Counted from the first letter of the stretch, positions 1 to 8,088 are shown. The stretch is DNA of 15,097 nucleotides from a virus (IMGVR_UViG_2671180979_000021); one strand, 5' to 3'. The notes: generated by a model not told the origin, from the sequence alone. Made by a program: numbers and translations.

Positions 1-222
1 TCACTGCGGAAGGCGTCTGTAACAACCGAACTGATAGTCTGCCAGACCCGCCATAACCAGCTGGGTCAGTATTAACTGGCAGCGTTCGCGTGAAAGGTAA
101 GTATTCTGCGCAATCTCCCCGACTGTCGCCGGTTCGGTGACGCTCAATTCATTAAACACCACTCTGGCGGTTTCGGTCATATCTTGCTGTTTTAGCATGT
201 CTTTTTCCCTTCTGGTTAACAT
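1..222 (-). CDS. Small protein, 73 aa, possibly a winged-helix DNA-binding regulator (FaeA/PapI-like pattern)
   Basis: Complete ORF in the track: ATG at 220-222, stop at 1-3, purine-rich AAGGGA upstream. The central segment TVGEIAQNTYLSRERCQLILTQLVMAGL resembles recognition-helix regions of small wHTH regulators. Family assignment is from memory and not searched. Confidence 0.4.
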   Translation of the reverse strand: MLTRREKDMLKQQDMTETARVVFNELSVTEPATVGEIAQNTYLSRERCQLILTQLVMAGLADYQFGCYRRLPQ

Positions 223-318
223 GACATACCAATAACTCTTGTCTAAAAAGCCAGCAAGATAAAAAGTCAGTATTCACGACCACCAGCGTGTTTACTGTAC
301 TGCACCAAGTTTACAGGT

Positions 319-345
319 ACAAAAAACCCGCTCAGTGGCGGGTTT
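319..345 (-). terminator. Intrinsic terminator hairpin (CCCGC / tcagtg loop / GCGGG) flanked by A6 and T3, strongest for leftward transcripts
   Basis: Sequence aaaaaaCCCGCtcagtgGCGGGttt at 321-345. Read on the minus strand the stem is followed by a six-U tract. It lies 3' of the 475-1119 gene. Confidence 0.6.
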
Positions 346-474
346 AAGTTGTGTGGCGAAGTAACCACTCTTAACACACTAATAGTATTTTTGTTATAAC
401 ACAAGTAGCTCATTCAGTATTTTTAGAATCTTGACTTTCTTAAGCACGGCGAACTCTGAATACCAAACATAAAA

Positions 475-1092
475 TCAATTATCTTCCAGGCCGGATGCTA
501 TCAACGAAAGCCTCTCAAAAAACGCTGTAGCAGCCTTGTCCAAAGTTGAATAAGTACTGTATTCTCCGTGTTCGGGACCAACCACTACCCATGGTCGTCT
601 TTTTGGGATTCGGGACTTCTCAGAAATCACTGTTCCAGATATACCAATATCAATTGTTACACCTGTTATTATTTTCTCTTCATCTCTTTCCCTGAACTCA
701 ATTGCCATAAATGCCGTTTTTTTTCGTTTCCCGTTTTTAAAAAAATCAAATAAAGCAAAGCGATGCTCATTAAAATCAACACCCCATCGTCCTTCAGGAT
801 AAAGGGCATGAAAGTTGTCATTTACGCTCTGCATCGTCTCATAAGCTTTAACTTCTAAATCTCCATAGTGCATAGATACCGCGCAGGAGTCACTGGGTAA
901 CTGTATTTTCCCAAGATTGAAAACCTTTACTGCTCCAGAACTATGGCATCTTGCCCGCAATTTATCCCCATTTATACTAATCGGAGAAATATTCCTTAAT
1001 GTTCCGGGCTGGCTCCCTCCTAAGTAAACGACTGTTAAAGATTGCTTATTTTCAATTGCATCAACTAATACATGCTCTACATTTTTATCCAT
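475..1092 (-). CDS. Hypothetical protein, about 205 aa, AT-rich gene immediately downstream of Q; function unknown
   Basis: Track ORF 475..1119 (214 aa). The in-frame ATG at 1090-1092 (MDKNVEHV...) is preceded by GGGAG with 6-nt spacing, whereas the ATG at 1119 is preceded only by CCTCC, so the shorter start is preferred. Visibly lower GC than the flanking genes. No family recognised by eye. Confidence 0.55.
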   Translation of the reverse strand: MDKNVEHVLVDAIENKQSLTVVYLGGSQPGTLRNISPISINGDKLRARCHSSGAVKVFNLGKIQLPSDSCAVSMHYGDLEVKAYETMQSVNDNFHALYPEGRWGVDFNEHRFALFDFFKNGKRKKTAFMAIEFRERDEEKIITGVTIDIGISGTVISEKSRIPKRRPWVVVGPEHGEYSTYSTLDKAATAFFERLSLIASGLEDN

Positions 1093-1167
1093 AATAATCT
1101 CCCAATGAACAGGTATCATCAGGAGGTTATAATAAAATATGATTATTTACTTTGATTGAATTTATTA

Positions 1168-1539
1168 CTATATGTAACAATCAATTTCTAAAGATACCCC
1201 CAACATTGCCAGACAACCGTCAATAAACCCTTCAGCTTTCTGCAGTCTGATAACAACCTGATTAAGTGATATCCCCAGTTTTACCCCCAACACCCGTAAT
1301 GTAACCCCATACACATAATACATTTCCAGTAATTCGTATTGATACGGTTCCTTTTTCTTAAGAACTGTCATCGCAGAGCTAATGATCAGGCCATCGTCAT
1401 CGCTACATTGCGGGCGGGATTTTACTTTCGAAGGAATTAATCCCTTAAAACCTGCAGCAACAGATGACCATTCCACATCCTCGTGATTATTTGCCACCCA
1501 TGCCCCCCAACGTTCAAGAACCATTTGAATATCACGCAT
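1168..1539 (-). CDS. Late-gene antitermination protein Q (QuuD/YbcQ-like small Q family)
   Basis: The N-terminus MRDIQMVLERWGAW...NNHEDV.WSS.AAGFKGLI matches my recollection of E. coli QuuD-type Q proteins. GGAGA lies 6 nt upstream of the ATG at 1537-1539; the track start at 1554 would place the start inside that RBS. Last gene of the leftward early operon, as expected for Q. Confidence 0.75.
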   Translation of the reverse strand: MRDIQMVLERWGAWVANNHEDVEWSSVAAGFKGLIPSKVKSRPQCSDDDGLIISSAMTVLKKKEPYQYELLEMYYVYGVTLRVLGVKLGISLNQVVIRLQKAEGFIDGCLAMLGVSLEIDCYI

Positions 1540-1556
1540 CAACTTTCTCCACAAAA

Positions 1557-2552
1557 TCAGGCCAGCACGCCTATTGCCAGCGCACGATCGATAAAACGAA
1601 ATATCAGCTCCAGCTGGGAGCCATACTTCTCTTCAAATGCCACGGTATCCGCATGCAGCTCGTCGTGATGCTTTCTGCACAAAGGCAGCACGAAGAGGTC
1701 ATGCGCTTTTGTACCCATTCCCCCCTGACCGTGGCCTATCAGGTGGTGGGGATCATCAGCAGGCTTTCCACAACATGCACACGGCTGCGTCTTAACCCAG
1801 CGCGTGTACTTTTCGTTAACCCAGCGGCGACGTTTTGGGCGTAACATAAAAGACTCCGGCGACTCCGGATCCACTTTCAGCGCCAGCACCTTTTTCGCTT
1901 TATTCTGGATGATGCTGGTGGCCGGAACCGAAGGCACAAGGTCACTCTCCCGGGTGACAGACGGCACAACAGGCTTCGGTAATCTCAGTGCCTTACGGGC
2001 TGCACTTTCCGGTAAGGCATCCGCCAGATCATTACGAACCAGCCACCAGCACAGTTCCGGCATTGTCACAACGTGACTGTCATCAAAACCGAGATCCCGA
2101 CGCACAACAGACAACACCCAGCGGGCACAGTTATCCGTTGCCATTGATTCCAGCCGTTCCGTGAACTGATCGCGCAGCTGGTTATCGCAGTGCCAGCACA
2201 GACGGATTGCGCCCGGCGCGTGTCGCATTGTTGTCATGTTCTCGCTGTGCCAGTCGGAATGAGGCCACTGGCAGCCTTTTTCACGAAGTAACCAGCTTTC
2301 AAGACATTCCACGCCACCAGCACGACGGATCACTGCCTCATTGCGGAACACGGCCCGTACGGCAGGATCATCCGCCAGCGGTTGTGATGCCGCCGGAACG
2401 GCACCACTGGCGAAAGATGAATAACGTTCCGGCTCAGGCTCCAGCAGGACACGCCCCTGCATAAACAGGGGCATCAGCTCTGAACCTGGTCTGAAAAATA
2501 CGATCCCCATACGCGGGGCAATTTCAGGGGTCAGTAGTGCTCTCACGGTCAC
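1557..2552 (-). CDS. DUF968 (YdfU-like) protein with C-terminal HNH-like Cys/His motif
   Basis: 331-aa ORF. C-terminal CACCGKPADDPHHLIGHGQGG...LCRKHHDELH is a zinc-finger/HNH-like signature. Sits directly upstream of Q, as ydfU does next to quuQ in the Qin prophage. Confidence 0.65.
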   Translation of the reverse strand: MTVRALLTPEIAPRMGIVFFRPGSELMPLFMQGRVLLEPEPERYSSFASGAVPAASQPLADDPAVRAVFRNEAVIRRAGGVECLESWLLREKGCQWPHSDWHSENMTTMRHAPGAIRLCWHCDNQLRDQFTERLESMATDNCARWVLSVVRRDLGFDDSHVVTMPELCWWLVRNDLADALPESAARKALRLPKPVVPSVTRESDLVPSVPATSIIQNKAKKVLALKVDPESPESFMLRPKRRRWVNEKYTRWVKTQPCACCGKPADDPHHLIGHGQGGMGTKAHDLFVLPLCRKHHDELHADTVAFEEKYGSQLELIFRFIDRALAIGVLA

Positions 2553-2553
2553 C

Positions 2554-3363
2554 TCAATGAACGGTATCGAGCAGCTTTAACAGCTCAGGGAATCGGGATT
2601 CGAAGAAATGCGGCTGCGTCTCGCGCGGATTTGCGGGACTGGTGATGTTCTTGCCGAACATGCAGCCTTTCGCTGTCAGCGACCAGAATTTTTTGATGTT
2701 GTTAATCGAGGTACGGCTGTATCGTTCGCGTTGTTCAACGATCCCCAGCTTCGCCATCTGGTGATATGCCTGATTAGCCGTAAGGCGGATACCATACTGT
2801 TTCAGCAGTGCACTCAGCGACAGCGTAGGGCGACTTGAGCCATCAGGCGCGTCAGCAGGAGCATCAATGGCATAGCGCGGTGCCAGATTCGGTAAGCCAA
2901 CAGCCTCCTGGAGTTTCTGACAGGCACCAAGCACTGAAGAGTTAGACAGGTTTAACTCCCTGCGCATAAAGTCCAGCAGAATCACGCCAGCCTGCATCTT
3001 GTCAGCAGCCTGCCCGGATAATTTTTCCGGTGCGCTGGTTACCATATCGAAAGTACGGATCACCTTCAGATGGAATGACGGGCTGATCCACATTGCATAG
3101 GCATACACCAGTTCTTTGCAGACATACGTCCCCGGGTTATTTCCGCCATTAATGACGCTAACTGGTTGATTTTGTTCCAGAGGCGGAATTCCACCCTCGG
3201 TGAAAAGTTGTTCAATCAATTCACAGGTTTGCTTATTGGAGAGCCAGTATTTCGGGCGGTTTTTTTGTTCTCCCCCGGCTGCCCTGTGCAGATCGTTCAG
3301 GCTGTAACGCCCATAAGCATCACGACGAACTTCAATACCATCAATAACCATCAGATTATTCAT
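2554..3363 (-). CDS. KilA-N domain protein (antirepressor-like)
   Basis: N-terminus MNNLMVIDGIEVRRDAYGRYSLNDLHRAAGG...KYWLSNKQTCELIEQL...ELVYAYAMWISPSFHLKVIRTFD is a typical KilA-N domain. Strong RBS AAGAGGAGA 8 nt upstream of the ATG. Confidence 0.7.
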   Translation of the reverse strand: MNNLMVIDGIEVRRDAYGRYSLNDLHRAAGGEQKNRPKYWLSNKQTCELIEQLFTEGGIPPLEQNQPVSVINGGNNPGTYVCKELVYAYAMWISPSFHLKVIRTFDMVTSAPEKLSGQAADKMQAGVILLDFMRRELNLSNSSVLGACQKLQEAVGLPNLAPRYAIDAPADAPDGSSRPTLSLSALLKQYGIRLTANQAYHQMAKLGIVEQRERYSRTSINNIKKFWSLTAKGCMFGKNITSPANPRETQPHFFESRFPELLKLLDTVH

Positions 3364-3382
3364 ACTTCGTTTCTCCTCTTAA

Positions 3383-3772
3383 TCAGGCGGCTGCACCCGC
3401 CGGTTTCTCATACTTACTGATAGTGATCTCGACCTTCCCTTTCGGGATAACCGGTCCCCACTCCACCAGCATTCTTTTCACCTGTCTGTCGTCTTCCCAC
3501 ACACCCGCGTGGGTCAGGGCGTCAAACAGCGCCTTGTTATAGTTGTCCAGATCGCGGATCCGGTTATCCGGAGGAAACAACACGATCTCCACTGAAGCAG
3601 GTGCCGACGTTGGTTTTGGCAGACGACGTAACTGCTCAACTATTGCTGCGCACGCCGCGCTCTGAAATTTTCGCCCCGCCGCGCTTATCAGGCTCTTACC
3701 AGCAAATGCCCCTTTGTTGGGGTGTCGCCAGTAGGTGTTCACGCTGGGCGGGAAAGGCAGGATCAGCTTCAT
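3383..3772 (-). CDS. rusA: RusA-family Holliday junction resolvase
   Basis: 129 aa. N-terminal LPFPPSVNTYWRH and the central DLDNYNKALFDALTHAGVWEDDRQV motif match RusA. Its start overlaps the upstream gene stop (ATGA coupling). Confidence 0.85.
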   Translation of the reverse strand: MKLILPFPPSVNTYWRHPNKGAFAGKSLISAAGRKFQSAACAAIVEQLRRLPKPTSAPASVEIVLFPPDNRIRDLDNYNKALFDALTHAGVWEDDRQVKRMLVEWGPVIPKGKVEITISKYEKPAGAAA

Positions 3773-4095
3773 ACTTTCAGGCCTCTCTCATGTAACCAGT
3801 GAGTTGCACGCAGCCTTGCGTTTTCCTCACCGGCAAGCAGTGAGCGGATAATCCCGACCGCCTCGCTGTCGTCGTCCTTCACCGCTGTATGAAGCGTGAT
3901 CCCCCGGGCCACACCACGCTTTATCGTGATGACGCCTTTTTTCTCCAGTGCGCGAAGATGCTCCACCGCTGCATTCACCGAACGGTATCCCAGCATGGTT
4001 GCCACCTCCTGATTGGTTGGCGGGAAGCCACGCTCTTTCTGATAAGAAATCAGCATATCCAGCACCTGCTGCTGGCATTGAGTTAACGTCGTCAT
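3769..4095 (-). CDS. LexA N-terminal DNA-binding-domain-like protein (no peptidase domain)
   Basis: 108 aa. LTQCQQQVLDMLISYQKERGFPPTNQEVATMLGYRSVNAAVEHLRALEKKGVI follows the LexA winged-helix pattern. Confidence 0.6.
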   Translation of the reverse strand: MTTLTQCQQQVLDMLISYQKERGFPPTNQEVATMLGYRSVNAAVEHLRALEKKGVITIKRGVARGITLHTAVKDDDSEAVGIIRSLLAGEENARLRATHWLHERGLKV

Positions 4096-4745
4096 GCCGC
4101 CATCTCCCTGACCAGCTTTTCCGCCTGCAGGCGAACCTGCGCCAGAAACGCCTCACCACATGCCTCAAGTTCATCGCGCCCGATGTAGCTGATTGCCGGT
4201 CCCTTCCAGGTCTTGTCGAAAACAGCAATAGCACCAGCGAAGAAAGCGCCTGTCGGCACCTGCTTCTCATCCTTCGGGATAAACCAGGCAGGCAGTTCAA
4301 AACCAATACGCCCGCGAATAAAAGCAATATGATCTGCATCTTCCGGCCACCACACTTCGCTGGTGGCAGCTTTGATCAGGAAAACATAGCGCCCGCCCTT
4401 ATCACGCATGGCACTGGCATGCTTCATGATGTAACGCATGCCGGTGATGTATTGCCCCTCATGCTGACTGGCGCGGCTGTATGGGGGATTTCCAAAGGCA
4501 GCACCTTTAAGCTCCGCAAGACGTTCTGACCAGTCATGCGCCAGCGCGTTGTCTTCCGCCGTGTAATACGCGGCGCATTTGGCGTTATCACCGTCAGTAA
4601 ACAGATCCAGAACAAACGGGCCAAACAGGGTGTTAATTCCCCAGAAAATGTTGTCCGGTGTGCGCCACTGATCGCCCACTTCCTTCAGTTCATGGGCTGG
4701 TTTGTTTCGCAGTTCCACCAGCGCCCGGCAATATTTATTACTCAT
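4092..4745 (-). CDS. Phage Dam-type DNA N6-adenine methyltransferase
   Basis: Contains the NPPY catalytic motif (FGNPPYSRAS) within a Dam-like fold pattern. Preferred start is the ATG at 4743-4745, which overlaps the upstream TAA (TAATG); the track ORF extends to 4778. Confidence 0.8.
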   Translation of the reverse strand: MSNKYCRALVELRNKPAHELKEVGDQWRTPDNIFWGINTLFGPFVLDLFTDGDNAKCAAYYTAEDNALAHDWSERLAELKGAAFGNPPYSRASQHEGQYITGMRYIMKHASAMRDKGGRYVFLIKAATSEVWWPEDADHIAFIRGRIGFELPAWFIPKDEKQVPTGAFFAGAIAVFDKTWKGPAISYIGRDELEACGEAFLAQVRLQAEKLVREMAA

Positions 4746-5239
4746 TAAGCCCCCACGTAATTCCCTGACAGATACCACTCTTCACCTGATGCAGCGCGCT
4801 TGCTGCTTTTCCGTAAGCACCGCTCACGACGTGCCAGAAAATTGTTTCGTTCTGGCTGGGAGTGGCTTTCACGGAATGCCGCCATCCACACGGTTGCAGC
4901 ACGACGAAATAAGCCCCTGGACTCCAGTTCTTCCGCCTGGCGGGCCAGGCACAAAATCACCCGCGGGTCGTTAGTGCCGACATAGAAATTGCGCACAGGT
5001 CTGGTTTCACGAACTGGTTGCCGTTCCGCCTCCGGCGATATCTTTGTCTGGCGCGGGAAATGTCTGCGTGCATCCCCTTCACAACGGTGAGCCACACGCC
5101 CACTCTGACGTAACTTGCTTGCTGACTGCAGAACGCGCTGCCGTGAGTAACCTGTAAAAGCATCCGCAATGTCTCCGGAAGTACACCCCGGATGGGCTTC
5201 AATGAATTTCTGAACGTCATTCAAAAGACTCATGCTCAC
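4745..5239 (-). CDS. Hypothetical regulator with PerC-like C-terminal region (YfdN-like, 164 aa)
   Basis: C-terminal ARQAEELESRGLFRRAATVWMAAF...RRERCL resembles the PerC/ANR-type small activator pattern. Start overlaps the replication gene stop (ATGA). Same position as yfdN between the methyltransferase and replication genes of CPS-53. Confidence 0.55.
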   Translation of the reverse strand: MSMSLLNDVQKFIEAHPGCTSGDIADAFTGYSRQRVLQSASKLRQSGRVAHRCEGDARRHFPRQTKISPEAERQPVRETRPVRNFYVGTNDPRVILCLARQAEELESRGLFRRAATVWMAAFRESHSQPERNNFLARRERCLRKSSKRAASGEEWYLSGNYVGA

Positions 5240-6177
5240 CCCCTGAATCCTGCCGGGATCTGGCTGTAGTCCACGTTGTCGTAACTGGCTTTGAAGTACG
5301 GGTCCTCGCGTTTTTCGGTGTACGTGCTGACGGACGGCGATAAGCGCAGGGAAAGCTCATCCCATTTTTCCCGCAGCTTCGACGGGCTGAGCACGTTACG
5401 GCACCAGAACGGATCGCGACTGACGCGGCTGTACATCTCGCAGATTTGTTTATGAGTATGACCATCCTGCACACACATCAGGCGAATTTCGTTTGCCCAG
5501 GCTGTCCAGTTCGGTTCTTTGGGACGAACCACCTCGCCGTCACATTCGGCAGCCTGCTCGTACAGGGCAATGATTTTTTTCCAGAGCCACTGTGCGCAGG
5601 TCAAATCATCCTGCGTCCCCCACTGGCGCTTTTTAGGGCTGAATACAACCGCATCAGGATGGCGAGTTAAAAAATCCTGTTCATCCGTCTGCGTGTCCGG
5701 TTGCGAAGCGTCCGGACGAGAAGGTTTTTTATCTGACGGATCATGTTTTGATTTTACTGACGGATCCCCGCCAGATTCTGACGGGTGAAAACCCGCTTTT
5801 TTACCAGATTTCGACGCATCAAATTTTGACGGGTCAGATTTTGATGCGTCAGATTTTGACGGGTCAGAATCTGACAGTTGAGAAAATGCCGCTGCCTGAA
5901 GCTTCGCAACGTTAAGCTGATAAACATTCGACGCATTGCGGTTACCCTGGCGACGCGCCTTACGCGTTAACCAGCCTTCTGCTTCCAGCCGTGCGATAGC
6001 CGTTCTGACGGTACTCATCCCCGCGCCAATCTGGCGGGCAATGGTTTCAATTGATGGCCAGCACACACCTTCGTCATTACTGAAATCAGCCAGGCGGGCC
6101 ATAATTGCCACGCTGGATAACTTCATGCCTGACGCAGCGCAACCATCCCATACATAGCCGGTTAATTTAGTGCTCAT
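5236..6177 (-). CDS. Phage replication initiation protein (O-like; N-terminal wHTH, acidic low-complexity linker, C-terminal domain)
   Basis: 313 aa. N-terminal ...SSVAIMARLADFSNDEGVCWPSIETIARQIGAGMSTVRTAIARLEAEGWL is an HTH replication-initiator pattern. The DNA iterons map onto the SDPSKSDASKSDPSKFDASKSG linker. Confidence 0.75.
   Translation of the reverse strand: MSTKLTGYVWDGCAASGMKLSSVAIMARLADFSNDEGVCWPSIETIARQIGAGMSTVRTAIARLEAEGWLTRKARRQGNRNASNVYQLNVAKLQAAAFSQLSDSDPSKSDASKSDPSKFDASKSGKKAGFHPSESGGDPSVKSKHDPSDKKPSRPDASQPDTQTDEQDFLTRHPDAVVFSPKKRQWGTQDDLTCAQWLWKKIIALYEQAAECDGEVVRPKEPNWTAWANEIRLMCVQDGHTHKQICEMYSRVSRDPFWCRNVLSPSKLREKWDELSLRLSPSVSTYTEKREDPYFKASYDNVDYSQIPAGFRG
5731..5880. repeat. 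Iteron-like direct and inverted repeats (core TGACGG(A/G)T) inside the replication gene; putative ori
   Basis: CTGACGGAT at 5733 and 5757, CTGACGGGT at 5778, TTGACGGGT at 5826 and 5855, with interleaved GACGCATC (5813) and GATGCGTC (5843). Analogous to ori-lambda iterons lying inside gene O. Confidence 0.55.
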
Positions 6178-6186
6178 GACCGACCT

Positions 6187-6525
6187 CTATTTCCCTGAAT
6201 TTACGACGAAACTGTTCGAGCGGACTGAAGCATTCATGCTCATAACCTTCGCGGAGGTAGATAACCCGTTGTGTTTCCGGCTCCCAACGAATGACTCTGA
6301 CGGGCACTCCGTAGTGATCTTTGAACCAGCGGTTAACTTGTCGCAAAGGACTGTCTCCTTCTGCCGGTTGAAATCACCCACAGCCCACTCTGCAAAGCTG
6401 TGGGTTACAATTTCCCTGTCACCTGGTACATTCACTGCATAGCAATATTCCACCTTCGCTTTTCCACCCGGAACAGGAAGCGCAATCAGTTGCGAGCGAC
6501 GGTAGTGTGTTGTTAAACTGTTCAT
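6187..6525 (-). CDS. Hypothetical protein, 112 aa (uncertain)
   Basis: ATG at 6523-6525 overlaps the stop of the upstream gene, with GGAG 10 nt upstream. However codon usage is unremarkable, a perfect 9-bp inverted repeat lies inside it, and a competing plus-strand ORF exists (6170..6442). Confidence 0.35.
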   Translation of the reverse strand: MNSLTTHYRRSQLIALPVPGGKAKVEYCYAVNVPGDREIVTHSFAEWAVGDFNRQKETVLCDKLTAGSKITTECPSESFVGSRKHNGLSTSAKVMSMNASVRSNSFVVNSGK

Positions 6526-7091
6526 GCGTTAGTTTCTCCACAACCAGAAGCAATCGACGCCACGACGCCCGGAGCTGCACACTCGCGGGCGTCATTACTT
6601 TCTGAAATGCAAAAAATTTTGTAGACAAGTGCTGCATGCTCCTGCAGCTTCGAAATTGAGAGATACAGCTCGTCGTTAATTGCTGTCTTCTCATGCGGTT
6701 CCACTACACCGTCTTCGATTGCTGAACGAATCTGTTTTGAATAACTGCCGATCTGTTCAATGACTTCCAGCAGACGCTGGTTAATATCGGCGTTGTCCAC
6801 ATCCTCGACGTCAGGAAGAGACACAAAGACGCCATTTGCAGACTGCGCCACAGCATCAGCAATGAAGTGAGTGCCACCAGCACGCTGTAAAACCATTGCC
6901 CATCCCAGCGGGAAAATCTGATCGCCATCTGCACGAAGGCGGTTGAATAAAGCGTTTTCTGTTACATCGAGCCAGTCAGCCGCTTCAGCGTAACCACCCG
7001 GCAACGCCGCGATAGTTTTTCTGACAGCTTTCACGTACCACTCAGGCTGTTTTTCTATTTTCCAGTGATGCTTACCCACGATTAGCCTCAT
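6522..7091 (-). CDS. YdaT/CII-like early regulatory protein, 189 aa
   Basis: Second gene after the Cro-like gene in the leftward operon, the position occupied by cII or ydaT in lambdoid and Rac-type immunity regions. No clear SD upstream. Family assignment is by position and general resemblance only. Confidence 0.5.
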   Translation of the reverse strand: MRLIVGKHHWKIEKQPEWYVKAVRKTIAALPGGYAEAADWLDVTENALFNRLRADGDQIFPLGWAMVLQRAGGTHFIADAVAQSANGVFVSLPDVEDVDNADINQRLLEVIEQIGSYSKQIRSAIEDGVVEPHEKTAINDELYLSISKLQEHAALVYKIFCISESNDARECAAPGVVASIASGCGETNA

Positions 7092-7122
7092 CGTTCTGTG
7101 GTTAAAAATTGAAAGTGTTCTG

Positions 7123-7323
7123 CTAATCTTTCGGATAGATATCCGGTCTTAAGTCAGATTTCGTAATTGCACCTGACGTGCATTGCTCAAGTTTTTTAGC
7201 CAGCACAAAACTGGCTTTTTTATAGCCATTGAAAACCAGCCGTAAGTAGCCAGGTGTTGAGCCAACTTTTCCGGCCAACTCGCCCTGCTGTTCTTTGGTT
7301 AAAGAGTCCCAATACGCTTTCAT
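7123..7323 (-). CDS. Cro/YdaS-like HTH protein, 66 aa
   Basis: ATG at 7321-7323 with GGAGGT upstream. Sequence MKAYWDSLTKEQQGELAGKVGSTPGYLRLVFNG...TKSDLRPDIYP matches the YdaS/Cro-like family pattern (C-terminal DLRPDI). Divergent from the repressor gene. The track ORF extends further upstream without support. Confidence 0.75.
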   Translation of the reverse strand: MKAYWDSLTKEQQGELAGKVGSTPGYLRLVFNGYKKASFVLAKKLEQCTSGAITKSDLRPDIYPKD

Positions 7324-7325
7324 AC

Positions 7326-7398
7326 AATATGTACCTCCGGTGTACATATTACATGATTGGAATGAACCTTCAAGATACTTGTACCTTAACGGTACAAG
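7326..7398. promoter_or_regulatory. Divergent immunity control region with two 17-bp operators of form TGTAC-N7-GTACA
   Basis: O1 at 7330-7346 (TGTACctccggtGTACA, within the palindrome aATATGTAC...GTACATATt). O2 at 7380-7396 (TGTACcttaacgGTACA, within cTTGTACC...GGTACAAg). Both lie between the Cro-like and CI-like starts. A TTGTAC-N18-TTAATT arrangement could act as a pRM-like promoter for a near-leaderless repressor mRNA. Confidence 0.6.
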
Positions 7399-7413
7399 GG
7401 TTTTAATTTCGTT

Positions 7414-8088
7414 ATGAAAACAATCCATGACATCCGGCGGTCTAACGCCAGAAAACTGAGAGATGGTGTTGGCGGGAATTCTTCCTTTGCCACTATGATT
7501 GATCGCGAGCCAACCCAGACCAGCAGGTTTATGGGAGATGGTGCTACTAAAAATATCGGTGACAGCATGGCACGACACATCGAAAAATGTTTCGACCTAC
7601 CTGTCGGATGGCTCGATCAAGAACACCAGACAACGAACATCACAAAAAAACCTGATGTTTCAATCACTAATAAACAAATCACATTAGTCCCTGTCATATC
7701 ATGGGTACAGGCCGGAGCATGGAAAGAAGTTGGATATTCTGAGGTTGATTTGAGCACAGCAGAAACTTACCCCTGCCCTGTACCCTGTGGCGAAATGACT
7801 TATATCTTGCGGGTGATTGGTGATTCAATGATTGATGAGTACCGCCCTGGAGACATGATTTTTGTTGATCCCGAAGTCCCTGCCTGCCACGGTGACGACG
7901 TTATTGCATTGATGCACGATACAGGCGAAACCACCTTCAAGCGATTGATAGAAGATGGAACACAGCGTTATCTCAAAGCATTAAACCCAAACTGGCCTGA
8001 GCCTTACATTAAGATTAACGGTAATTGCTCTATAATTGGTACAGTGATTTTCTCGGGAAAACCAAGAAGATACACAATAAAGGCCTAA
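7414..8088 (+). CDS. CI-like prophage repressor (N-terminal HTH, C-terminal S24 LexA-type peptidase)
   Basis: 224 aa. C-terminal catalytic Ser (IGDSMIDEY) and Lys (TTFKRL) spaced as in S24 peptidases. Divergent from the Cro-like gene, with operators in the intergenic region. Confidence 0.85.
   Translation: MKTIHDIRRSNARKLRDGVGGNSSFATMIDREPTQTSRFMGDGATKNIGDSMARHIEKCFDLPVGWLDQEHQTTNITKKPDVSITNKQITLVPVISWVQAGAWKEVGYSEVDLSTAETYPCPVPCGEMTYILRVIGDSMIDEYRPGDMIFVDPEVPACHGDDVIALMHDTGETTFKRLIEDGTQRYLKALNPNWPEPYIKINGNCSIIGTVIFSGKPRRYTIKA

Noticed and set aside
1120-1160. AGGAGG followed 12 nt later by ATG (1139-1141) on the plus strand
   Set aside because: The reading frame closes after 6 codons. The AGGAGG is more likely part of the Q-downstream promoter region on the other strand or coincidental.
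1464-2464. Plus-strand ORFs 1464..1844, 1483..1668, 1804..2076 and 2207..2464
   Set aside because: Antisense to the Q and DUF968 genes, low-complexity translations, no ribosome-binding sites.
3827-4529. Long track ORFs 3827..4339 (-) and 3948..4529 (+) overlapping the LexA-like and methyltransferase genes
   Set aside because: They lie in alternative frames of well-supported genes, are Arg/Ser/Gly-rich in the way out-of-frame GC-rich translations typically are, and lack RBS or coupling.
4957-5936. Track ORFs inside or antisense to the PerC-like and replication genes (4957..5220, 5217..5474, 5446..5670, 5519..5788, 5754..5936)
   Set aside because: Nested within stronger genes and driven partly by the iteron repeats, which create open frames on both strands.
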